A stretch of 64,000 nucleotides of DNA from Camelus dromedarius (GCF_036321535.1 NC_087447.1:39682001-39746000), one strand, 5' to 3'. Counted from the first letter of the stretch, positions 25,791 to 36,519 are shown. Numbers and translations: made by a program. Notes: generated from the letters alone by a model not told the origin.

Positions 25791-26794
25791 CACAGCTCCC
25801 TGTGCTTCACATTTCTAGCCAATTCACTTGAAATAATACCCTGAATCACAGGTCAGACAGGAAGAAATCAAAGATGCCTCATGATGCTCAGATAGAGAGC
25901 TGAGAACAAGCTCAACTTAGGCCCTAAGGCTCATTTTCCCAAGGCCTGGAGATCCTACAGGGCTCGGATTGCACAGCCAGTTCTGCATGAGGGTTCCTGG
26001 GGCCTCCGCTGACGTAGCCCACCCTTCCTGGTCCTCGTGGATACGCTGTGAGAGTTCACTGTCTCACAAAGGGACGACCCTGCATTTCCTCGGCCTGTTT
26101 TCCAGACCAGGAGGAGCCTGGAGATCTCCAGTTTGTCTCTGCCTGCGCTGATTGGCGTGCACACACTACACCCACTTGTGTGCACTCTTTCCGCCGTCCC
26201 CTGGTCAGTTCTGCCCCCACCTCACTGAAATGGCCCCTTCCCTCTTACGTCTTGGGCTTCTGTGAAGTAAGCAAAGAGGCAAGTCCAACTCCTGTGCTCC
26301 CCTGGCTGGGGGACTCAGGCCAGCAAGTGGGGAAGACTGGCCAGGGAGGACTGGCCCAGAGATGCCTTCCTCCTCATCTTCTCTAGTCCTCACAACTCAG
26401 CAGTCCAGGGTTCCTCAGTAGGCCTGGCATCCCAGCAAGAAAGGAGGCACCCTTGGAGCTGTCCTAAGCAAGGAACCTCAGGATATCTGCTCTTAAAAGG
26501 AGAAGGTCATTGTTCATCAGTCACTCTGCCCAAGATGCCTATAGGATCGCAGGGCACCAGAATCTTCCGGACATCTTTCTGGCCACCATCAAGGCCAGCC
26601 TTGTGATCTAGGATCCTCCCCACTGCGATATTTGAGAAGCTTTCTTCCTGCCAGCAGTGGGCCAGGTGCCCTGAAGATCGGTGGCCAAGAACAGGCTTCA
26701 AAAGGCTAAGTGGAAGGTGACCATCTTCAAAGGGCCCTCAGACTTCCCAGAAAGCTCTGGCACACAGCCCTGACCTCAGGTCAGTGCTTCCTGC

Positions 26795-26925
26795 CAGTGA
26801 ACTTGTGATGGCTCCATGAGGGCAGGGGCCATGTCTGTCTGGTTCCCTGCTGTATCCCTGACAACCCCTAGTACGGGGCTAGATGACAGGTGGTGCACAG
26901 CACTGATTTGTTGAATTAACTCACA
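26795..26925 (+). mobile_element. L2 3' end
   Basis: gctccatgagggcaggggccatgtctgtctggttccctgctgtatcc...atttgttgaattaa. Confidence 0.85.
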
Positions 26926-26949
26926 ATGACCTCCAGCAAGGAAAGAATG

Positions 26950-27168
26950 AAAGCACAGTGGAAAGAGCCCAGGTTTGGGAGTCAGACAGACCTGGTTTTC
27001 AAACCGTCCAGCTGTACCATTTATACCGGTCACACACAGGCCACCTTATCCCTCTTGGCCTCGGCCTCACCCTCTACCAAGCGGGGGTCACAACGGTCAC
27101 CTCAGCGGTTGTGAGCGTGAGGTGGAAATTGTACGTAACTCAGCTCTGGGCGGACAGTACTTGCTTTT
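26950..27168 (+). mobile_element. MIR
   Basis: cagtggaaagagcccaggtttgggagtcagacagacctggttttcaaac. Confidence 0.8.
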
Positions 27169-27169
27169 A

Positions 27170-27425
27170 GCTCAGAAGCACTCATACAGCCCTCCCTGTA
27201 TGCCAGACACCGTTCACATGTGGTACAGGGATCCCAGAACACAATTAATTCATGTAATTCTTACAATGATTCCATGAAGTAAGACCTACTTAAATCTCTT
27301 TTGCAGTTGAGCAAATGGAGGCACAGAGAAGAAAAAAGGAACTTGCTCAGAGGCTGATGTCTCGAAGGGGCAGGGCCAGGCTTCACATCAATTCCGAAGG
27401 CCAAAATTTTAGGTGCTACACTTGG
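27170..27425 (-). mobile_element. MIR
   Basis: gtatgccagacaccgttc...taattcttacaat...ttgcagttgagcaaatggaggcacagaga...aacttgctca. Confidence 0.7.
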
Positions 27426-29137
27426 TTGTCTCTAAAGCAAGCAGTCAGTGAGTGTTAGCGCCTGTCCCTAATTTGACTATGGGGGCTACCTGACCACACA
27501 GCCAGACGAGGGTTTTCAGGTGCGACAGAGACACATGCAGACACTCCCACAGCTCACTGTTTTGTTCTGTCTGGTTTAGAGCTGTGGCCTGCTCCCATGA
27601 AATTCACCTCCAGACAGCTGTGCTGATCAAGGACCTCTCTGCCAACCTGTCCTCCTGCTATCGCCTCCACAACTATCTGCCAGAGCAAGAGACACACAGC
27701 GATGTAAAACTAAGAAAGAACAAGGAAAAAGCAAACACAGAGAAAGAGAGGGAGAGAGCGTGCAAGCTCTCAGGAGCAGCCAAAGGAGGGCTGCCCTCCT
27801 TCTCATCACCCCTGAGAACAACTGTCGACCCAGAGGGTGCCCCAGGCAGAAGTAATCTGTCCACATGGAGACCAACCACATAAAGGCTCAGCTTCCCCGC
27901 AGACCCAGGGAGCAGAGGGAAAATTAAGCCATCTCTTCTAATGGCTCAAACCTCATCATGAAGAAAGCCTTCCCTTTTTCCCCTCTATAAGATTGCATCT
28001 GCCCCACTGCCAACCACAGAGGAGATTTCATTACCAAAGTAAATCAGTGCTGCACTTGACCTTGCTTCTCCAAAGGCTCAGAATTAGTGACATCACAGTA
28101 CTCTACAGATGCTCAGAAATATCAGAACAACCCCCTCAAGTCAAAAACACTTGGTATTTCACTAAAAGGCTTTAAATTATTTTGATTTTACTCCAAGGAA
28201 TCCAAAAATGCTTTCAATGTTTTCATTTTCTAAATGCTTAAGAGAAAAAGTATGCTCTTAGGACCTTCAGAAATCTGACTCCTGGTCTGGTTTGTGTCCT
28301 GATTCACGCGTGATAAAACAGGGAACAGGCCAGAAGCCGAGGAACAGTAGCTCTGGCCCCATACTGCTCACATGACTCAGCCCCCGAGTGGCAGGGCCTC
28401 ACTGTAGGGGTTCCCAAATCAACCTTCCATCCTCCTCAGAGTTACCAGCAGGTGACAGGTGCCTCCCGGGCACCTGGGGCAATACTTCTTAGGGGGTCCA
28501 GTCTCCATCTCCCACAGTCCTGATAACCACCACGTTTCCCTTCCAAAGCAGCAGCAGCACAGCTCCTCCACGGTGGCCAAAGAGAGGGAGCGGAAAGGGA
28601 TGTTTTCTCCCCAAGGCAGCTGCCTGGAGATGGAGGTGGCTTCAGGAGCACTGCAGCAAACACACCTCCTGCACCCCGAGTCAGACACAAGATCTTGCAC
28701 TCTAACTCCTAATGCTGCTTGCTCAAAAGGATTGCCCCATTTTAAAACAAGCTGGTCACTAACACAGTCAGGAATGCTGATTTGAGGAAACAAAGAATCC
28801 ATACGTCAAGAACATGCGCTCTCAGGAAGCCCTCAAAACCCGGTAACTCTCAGTATTAAAAATGGGCTCTTTTTTTTTTCTATCTTTTTTTAAAATTGTA
28901 AATGGTATTGTGTTTCATTTTTTTCCTCCTTTTTCAGTTTTATTAGGTAGAATTATTACAGTTCGACTGCACATACACATTATACTGCGTGTAAATACAC
29001 ATACACAGTATACTGCATTTTTTTTGGTTTACATATATGCACTTCTTATTGCTTCTAAGAACAGATTAGCTCTTTCACTTTTTAAACTTACATAGTTATC
29101 AAAGGAATAAAGCCAACCCCAAAATAAGACGGGCCTT

Positions 29138-29270
29138 CTTATAATAACCTTTAATGAAAAAAGAATATGAAAACGAATATACGTATGTATATGTATGACT
29201 GGGACATTGTGCTGTACCCCCGAGATTGACACACTGTAACCGACTGTACTTCAATAAAAAAAAAAAAAAA
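29138..29270 (+). mobile_element. Young, extremely 5'-truncated L1 3' end (camelid/cetartiodactyl-like) with poly(A)
   Basis: taataacctttaatgaaaaaagaatatgaaaacgaatat...gactgggacattgtgctgtac...attgacacactgtaaccgactgtacttcAATAAA followed by pure A15 (29256-29270). Confidence 0.8.
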
Positions 29271-29384
29271 GATGGCTCCACAACCAGCACCACGTTTGTC
29301 AACAGACAAATGTGATCCCTCACACCCAGGTACAAGCCACAAAAATCTCAGCATCATAACATGTATACATTCCAAGAGCTACAA

Positions 29385-29515
29385 ACTTCATCTACTTTAC
29401 CCTGTTTTTTTCCACAGGAGAGAAAACTGAGACACAGACCAAGCGTAAGACCGTTCAAGTTTACTGGTGGACAACTCAAACCCAGAGCCTCTTGCAGTTC
29501 TCTTTCCTAGCCTAC
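29385..29515 (-). mobile_element. MIR fragment
   Basis: cacaggagagaaaactgagacacaga...actcaaacccag. Confidence 0.6.
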
Positions 29516-30869
29516 TGCCTCGGACCCCCGTTACCAACAAGAGCTCTGACACAATCATTTTCACACACACAAAACACTATTTTTATAATGGAGTTAAAGG
29601 CAAATTGGTTCAATCTACCATGGCTGCTACCTATAAAGTAAAATCAATGGAGAGAAAAAACAAAACCTGAGTTTAAAAAAAATTAATTTCCCTTTTGAAC
29701 TATGTTCTTATTCTTAGCTCAAAAAACCTGGTTCCTAAAGGGACAGTGCCTTCCCCAGTAGTCCCAGTGAGAAATGAAAGCCAGTACTTGTTTTCAACCA
29801 GCATGTCCAACACTAGGCCAGTATTTTCGATGGAAACAATTTCTGGGTAAACAAACGGGGGTTGTACAAGGTAGAGTGGCCCAAAGTCACTACTCCTAAC
29901 AAATCAGCTTCAAAGATTGAAGTGCTTTTCTCTGCCTTTAAAATAGGGAAGGTGCATTTTTAGGGATGAAACAAGACCCTGAAAGCAAACAGCCAGGCTG
30001 GGGAAGGGCAGCCGAGGAAAGACGCAGGCCCTGAAACTTTCTGCTCTGGGCAGCTGAGATTTTTCACCCTGATTCCATTTCACCAGACATGAGGAGGCTT
30101 CTCTGGCTGCAAAGGATCACATGAGAGCATAAAACAAATACTGAAGGTTTGGGTTCTCTCTCTCCCCCGTGTGTGTGACACCAATTGGCCAAGAGACAGA
30201 GACTCTAACGCTGCAGAAAGCAAAATTTCCCTTGTTTCCATTACATCATCCAAGCTGGAGACGGGGAGGGCAGGGCGGGGGGCACAGCTGGTGGCAGCTG
30301 CACCACCATCTGCTTTCTCCTCGGCAGTGTGTGCTAGTTTGTGCTGCAGCCTCCTACGGCTCCTGATGGTGGAGGCGCTGTATTAAAGGTACAACACCCT
30401 ATTATGGAAAAGATTTCATATTATTTAGAAATACATCACTCCCGTGATAAGTTAACAACCTCTGGTAGGCTGCTGAGCCGGTTCTCTTTGAGTTTAGGTT
30501 ATTTGTTTGCATCTCTTTAGACTCAGCCACAGTGCAAACTCTGTCAACTCAATGTGCCCAATTAGACAAGCAGAATGAACACAAAACCACCTGTCATCTG
30601 CTTCCCAAAAGGGAAGCAGCCAAACAGGACAGGTCAGCAGCTGGAAGCCTTTAGGGAAGGTGTAGGGAAAGTCCCAACCCAGTGTACCAGCTCCAGATTA
30701 GTGAAGGGGTGCGTGCTGCCACCTTTGGCATCCGCAGCCCTCTGGTCAACCGGTCTTGTCCTCTTGGAGTTCAGAACACACTGTGCAGGGTCCTCATGTA
30801 GAAGGGGAGACTGGTGAGAGCAGCTTGGGGGTCAGTGCCTTGTCTGGCCACTCAAATGCAAACTGGCAA

Positions 30870-31192
30870 CACAGCAGCAAACTGGTGGTTCAAGGTCAGA
30901 TAGAGTCCAGGGAAATGTTTTATTTGGCCTATACGGGTTTGCATTTAAAAAAAAAAGTGCTGGCTTTTAAAAATGAGTAGATTTCATACCTAAACACCTA
31001 GCTTGCCAGATATGGCAGCACCAGGCTCCATTTCTACGCGGCTCCAGTTAGTTATCTGGAGCTCAGCAGCAGCACATCTTTCAGATGGGGCGTACAGTCA
31101 GGAGAACTGGTCCCCACAGCTGGCATCTGCATATGCCACTGCAACTGCCTCTGCTCCTACCAGGCCCTTGGGAGCTTCTGCTGTAACACTGC
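30870..31192. mobile_element. MER102-type hAT-Charlie element
   Basis: atgttttatttggcc...agatatggcagcaccaggctccatt...ctggagctcagcagcagc...ctttcagatggggcgt...gtccccac. Confidence 0.65.
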
Positions 31193-31397
31193 TGACCACC
31201 GAGAAGCAGCAGCCCCAGGGAATGATTTCCTTTATTGACTCTCCTCTTCAGTTGAGATTTCGTCCCTTGGATGGCCAACTAAAATTCTACAAAGATCATT
31301 CAATCCAATACAAGGAGTGGGTCTCAGCAGAAGGCTAGCTACAGCGATCCCTTCCCACAAAAGCAGGCTGCAGCATTTCGCAGAGGCATTTCAGATC

Positions 31398-31406
31398 ACT
31401 TACCAT
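31398..31406 (-). promoter_or_regulatory. TEAD1: 5' splice donor
   Basis: ATG|GTAAGT with a consensus intronic hexamer. TEAD homology stops here and an in-frame TGA follows at 31398-31396. Confidence 0.95.
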
Positions 31407-31605
31407 ACATCTTGCCTTCATCCGATAAGATGATTTTCCTCCTCCCACATGGCGGATAGATAGCCAGGGCTTCCTGAAAGCTCTGCTCAATGTCGGGGCT
31501 CCAGACCCCTTCCGCATCATTGTCAATGGGCTTATCCGCAGAGTCACTCATCCTTTCCATGTTTTCGGCAGGGCTCTCACTGCCGCTCCAGCTGCTGGGC
31601 TCAAT
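31404..31605 (-). CDS. TEAD1: First coding exon (202 coding nt, ends in phase 1) of transcriptional enhancer factor TEF-1/TEAD1; AUU initiation; N-terminus plus first part of the TEA domain
   Basis: Translation (I/M)[66 protein letters not shown](G) is the TEAD1 N-terminus and TEA domain start. ATT lies at 31605-31603 in context GCCAAA-ATT-G. The exon ends at a G|GTAAGT donor. Confidence 0.98.
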
Positions 31606-31659
31606 TTTGGCGGTTGGATTTTCCAAGCCGAAGCCTGGAGCCTTTTCAAGAAAATAAAC
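31404..31659 (-). other. TEAD1: Complete TEAD1 exon, 256 nt (54 nt 5' leader + 202 nt CDS)
   Basis: Acceptor ttctttgatttctctctcAG|GTTTATTTTC (AG at 31661-31660) and donor ATGTATG|GTAAGT (GT at 31403-31402). Confidence 0.93.
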
Positions 31660-31682
31660 CTGAGAGAGAAATCAAAGAATAC
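31660..31682 (-). promoter_or_regulatory. TEAD1: 3' splice acceptor with polypyrimidine tract
   Basis: Minus strand reads attctttgatttctctctcag immediately before the exon. Confidence 0.9.
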
Positions 31683-33520
31683 TATGGTGAGGATGAGGGA
31701 ACCATCAAAAGACTGCTCTTGGTGGTTCTGCTGCACATTCTTCAGTGGCCAGCTTTGCTTGGAGAATAACTCCTAGGAGAGAATATAGAACTTTGGAGAT
31801 CCAAGTGGCTTTTGTTCATTTTGTATTACGTTAGGCACTCATACAGAAATGCAATGGCAGGCAGAAGCTGGATAATCTTCACAGATGACAGGAAATTTTC
31901 ATCTGTGAATTGTACTCACTCTGAGTTGCAAGTTCACAGTGAATCATGCCAAACCATTTACTAAGTAAGTATCTACTATCTACCAGGAGCACTTTGCTCG
32001 ATGATAATCAAATCTCCAGAGCAGAACAAGTTGCTTAAAAGAAAATAAAGTAAAACAAAAGATGTCTGCCTCACTGTGGCAACTGGTATGATAACTGTGA
32101 AATGTCAAACCATCCCACTGTTTGTCACTGGGATCACCAAGATGCAGGATGCTGGCAGAATGCAGGACGGAGGAAAGGAGGTTATTTTGTTATCACAAAT
32201 ACTCATTCTACAGACAGCAATGCCAGCTGACCTAGACCTGCTATTCTATAGCATTTGATCTGCAGGGCTTTCTACCCTGTACAGTCAGGGCACTTTGCCA
32301 CTCTCAGCTGCTAGACTGCGGCCTTGAAGGAGGGACCAAGTTGTCCCCACTCCTGTTTTCCCTGCAACCACCACCACAAGTGGCCAGCACATTTGCAGAA
32401 ATGTTTTACACCCACATGGGGCACTTCATCAGGTAGCCTCCTGGGAATTCCTGATCACATGAAAACTGTGCGGGAGGCTTTCATTTATTTTTCTGAAGCA
32501 CTGACAGTTATAGAGCCAAAAGAAATCTTTCTCTAAGATTTATTCCCCTTAAATTATGCATGTAACCTATGGTCATGAAAGGATAAGCTTTCCAAACAAA
32601 TGTCAAACTGGCACAAACACCAATGTGAAAATGATCTAATCCAGTCCCCCTGCTGTCTGCCCACTAACATGTCGATATTCCTTTGTTGAAAAGGCATCAG
32701 ATCATTCATGAAAAGACTCCCCCAAAAGGGGGATAAGAATTGCTCCCAGAGACTGATGGAAGAGGGGAGGCACAGGGCCCGAGTAGGGAGAGCTTAGTGT
32801 GTTCTCCATTCCAGCCCCTTCTGCCACCTCAAGTCCACGGGACCTTTCAACAGAGGCAGCCAGGAGGGAAGCAGATGTGGGCGGCCCCACTAGGTACCAG
32901 GCACTACTCTGTATTCCAGGGCAGTCACCCCTGAAAGCAAGCACCCGGCCTCCTTTCCCTCTCTCTCCCAGCTGAATCCCTTTTCCCGCCCTCCCCCACC
33001 TGCGTACATCAACAGACTCCAGGTGCAGAAACTCTGAGGCGCAGGAACATTACACAATAAATGGTCTAACCAGTGGGTGCTTTTGGCTCTGTACCCTGAC
33101 AGCTTTTTAGATTTGGCAGCACCTGGATAAAAGAAACCCCCAGGTTGTCTGCCTTTAAATACTGCCACTGATCCATCTTTCAAAGAACTTGTCAGCAAAA
33201 TATTTACTACTTCTTACCAACACATGTACACTGACACAGGACTTTAAAAACCGCCGAATGTTAAAGATATAAATTATGCCACAAGAAAGGGTTTTGTGAT
33301 TGCCCTTCAGATGAACTCTGCAGTGTGGGCCTTTTGAATTCTCAAATTATTGGATTCATTTTTTGGTTGGGATCTAAGCATCTTATAAAATTCAAGCTGA
33401 ATTACATGCTACCCTCGAGTCTGTTCTAGCTCTGAAGCAGTTTATTAGTGAAATTACGAGAATACAAGTGAATTCTCTGAGCAGTGGCTAGCCGCCCACC
33501 ATCTCCCTCTGCCCCGACCC

Positions 33521-33551
33521 CAAAACAAAACAAAACAAAACAAACAAAAAC
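33521..33551 (+). repeat. (CAAAA)n pentanucleotide repeat
   Basis: caaaacaaaacaaaacaaaacaaacaaaaac. Confidence 0.9.
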
Positions 33552-33729
33552 AGACACATACCAGGGGGAAAAAAAAAAACCACAGGCCAGTCCTTAGCTC
33601 TGGGCAGCTCAAAGCAGCATGAATTCGCTCCAGGGAGGCACATTTTAAGATTAAACTCTGGGTGGGGCCAGCGCTCGATCACTATGGTAGAGGAGTGGAA
33701 TCCAGGGGACCAGGGGATCTTTATTTGAC

Positions 33730-34330
33730 TAAAAAGGACATCACCATATAATTGAAAGCCTCAGAGCCTCCAGACCCAAACACAACACCTTCTAATCCAA
33801 TGCCTGAAGTCCCCTCTGACATCTCTCATCTATTGGTCAATGTCTGCCTGAACATCACCAGTGACAAGGAACCCACCACCTCCCCAACACCACCTTCTCT
33901 GTTTTCTTTTCACCACATGCTGAAATTATTCCATCTATTAAGCTAAAACTCACCTGGTTAAGTTCTACCTGTCTGTCCCTTGAGGTTCTATCTACCCCTT
34001 GGGAAAGCAAATCTCCCCCAAGACACCCATTTATATATGACAAAAGCAGCTCTCAGTCTCCTGACTGTGTTCCAGACTAGACACAATTCACATCACCCAT
34101 CAGCTCAGCCCAATTTGCCCACAACCTTCAATAAATGACACTCAGAGGTAGAGTTACAATCCATAAAACCTCTAAGCCCCCACACTCTAAGTGCTGTTCC
34201 TGAATTCCATCTCTTCAGCAATCGGTTTAGGAGCTAAAATCAGAAATTTATATTAATTCTACTAAATTCCATTATTTTTAGCCTTAGCCAATAGCCCAAA
34301 ACTGGTAAGATCTTTCTGAATCAAAATTGC
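33730..34330 (-). mobile_element. Degenerate L3/CR1 fragment
   Basis: gtctgcctgaacatcaccagtgacaaggaacccaccacctcc; ttccagactagacac; tactaaattccattattttta. Confidence 0.55.
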
Positions 34331-34379
34331 CAACCTTAGTGTCCCCAGACACTGAACAACCTCTAAAGGTATTACACAC

Positions 34380-34560
34380 GGGGAGGGGGTTAGACCTGTT
34401 CTGTGGGAAGTTCCAAAGAAGATTCTGGCTCAACATAAGGAAAGATTTCCTGCTAGTTGAACTGTTCAACAAGGGTTAGACTGCCTTATAAGACAGGCAG
34501 CAGAGCCGTGCAGACAACCCCTTCAATTTACCTCTAAAGCCGAGAGTCCCTGGCTGTTTG
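34380..34560 (+). mobile_element. L3/CR1 3' fragment
   Basis: agattctggctcaacataaggaaagatttcctg...gaactgttcaacaa...actgcctt. Confidence 0.7.
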
Positions 34561-35254
34561 GGGAATGCAGTATTAGCTAGCCTTAATTGATCTGTCCACT
34601 CCGGAGGCACAGGCGCTGTTCTAAACGTTCAAGTGTTTTTATTCATTTACTGCAAAGGGAAGAACTCCGTGTCCAGGCTCTTGCCATTTGGTCAACTGGA
34701 GCTCAGCGGGATGGAATTACCTACTCTGGACGAGGGCCAGGACACAGCCCCAGAAGCTACCAGATACATAATCCACAGACTTATACAGGCCTTTGGTTTT
34801 ACAACCTAATTGTAAGATGAGGCCCTGTATGGGCAGAGAGATTCCGATCACAAGACTGGGGCTAGCTGAGAAAAGCTCCTCGTACTGGATACCAAAATAA
34901 CCATTCTGGCATTCCATCCCTCAGTTTCCTTCCAGCCTAGATCAAAATCCACCTCATCCTGGAAACCAACCTTGTATCCAGTGGCTGTGAGTGCATCAGC
35001 CACACATTAGGAGTATCCTAAAAATGTATGGAATTGGTTAACCACCACCCAACCTACCTGGCTTCTGAATGCGCAGTAACAAGCACCGGCTCGTTACCAA
35101 CAAGACCTCATCAAGTGAGTGACGCACAGCGTATCTGTGCCTGCAGAGCTGACGTCTTCACCTCCTCGTACAGCCTGGGAGCAAGGGGGTCAACTTTCAC
35201 TTACTTCAGTAAGTGAAGAAGAACACAGTATTGGGGGTTGGGGGAGAGGGCTGT

Positions 35255-35490
35255 GATACGAAGACTCAAATTGATCTGGGTTCCAAATCTGGCTCACCCA
35301 TTAGCCAGGCAGCCCAGGCTAAATCAGTTAATCTCTGGAAGCTCAGGTTTTAATTTATACAATGAAAATAATAAATTAAATGCAATTCCAACACAGAAGA
35401 ATCATTAAGGGGTAGAGGGACTCTACCCTATCAGGTTGCCATAAAGATCTGGTGAGACAGTGAGTGAAGCTGCCCTGTCATCTGTAAAAC
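35255..35490 (+). mobile_element. MIR
   Basis: gatctgggttccaaatctggctc...aaatcagttaatctctggaagctcaggttt. Confidence 0.65.
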
Positions 35491-36047
35491 CAGACTTGTT
35501 TTCAAGTCCATCATCTCTAGACAGTGGTATGGACCTTGTGATGCCCAAACACCTACTGATAATGGGATGGAAAAGAAAGGAAGGAGCGTCCCTAATGGTT
35601 CCCTCTGGGAAATAAACTTGAAGGATCAGTCTTCCTTAAGATCTTCAGGTGCCTAAATGGAAATTTTAAATTGGTAACAAACACTTTTATTTCTAATGCA
35701 CACGTTCAATAGTTTTCATACTCTTCTGGGAAGTCTGGTTCAGGGGAATAATCCTAAATCTAAATGAATGCCTAGAAAGAAAAAGAGAAGGGAATTCTTG
35801 TTTGTTGAAAACATACTGTGTAGCCCCCAGGTGCCTCAGTTTCCATCATTAACACTTTTCTAAAAGCTCCTTTTTCCCCGAAACTCTTCCCAGCCACACT
35901 AGAACAAACTCCAAAAATAGGTGTTACCAGTAATGCAACTATTTCTGCTACCTGCCCCAATGGCCATATTCCCTAAATGGTTCATCCTTTTTCACAGTTA
36001 CCCTCTGACAACTTCAAGAAGGGTAAGTGAGCACACTGGAATGACAT

Positions 36048-36054
<7 letters not shown>

Positions 36055-36096
<42 letters not shown>
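36055..36096 (+). repeat. (AC)21 microsatellite
   Basis: Counted directly. Confidence 0.97.
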
Positions 36097-36102
<6 letters not shown>

Positions 36103-36519
36103 TCAACCAACATGTGTTTTAATATAAAAGTCTAGGGGAAGAAGGGAGTAGGTTAGCTAGCCAAATGCAGATGCTTCTGACACCAACTCTATTCTAGGGG
36201 CGTATGCACAAGGGGTAGGACATAGGACACAGGAATCGGCTGCTCCCTTCATCTTAATTCCTGTGGGTCTCATAATGTAAGCATCTCACCCACTTACGGG
36301 TGATTTAAAAGCTCTTAAATAAAAGGGTTAATTATAACTAATCCTCAGGATTAATGAAATGTCACTGAACGTGAGCGTCTCAAAAAAAAATCCATACAGC
36401 TTATTTTAGCCAATGTCTTTGTACTCTATGAGGCAATAAGAAAAGAACTGGACTGGACATCAGGACTCTTGTTTGGACCTGAGTAGCCCAGGACCACACA
36501 GTACTTGCAGCTCTCCATC

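Larger units (their letters stand above)
1..31403 (-). other. TEAD1: TEAD1 intron downstream of the first coding exon (continues beyond the window)
   Basis: No continuation of the TEA domain (GRNELIARYIKLRTGK...) seen in the ORF track or sequence; repeat-rich DNA. Confidence 0.85.

Noticed and set aside
31396..31403. ORF track extends the TEAD1 frame to GK-stop
   Set aside because: This is read-through into the intron past the GTAAGT donor, not a real C-terminus.
31654..31661. CAG|GTTTAT at the exon start as a recursive splice site
   Set aside because: The reconstituted donor GTTTAT matches the consensus poorly.
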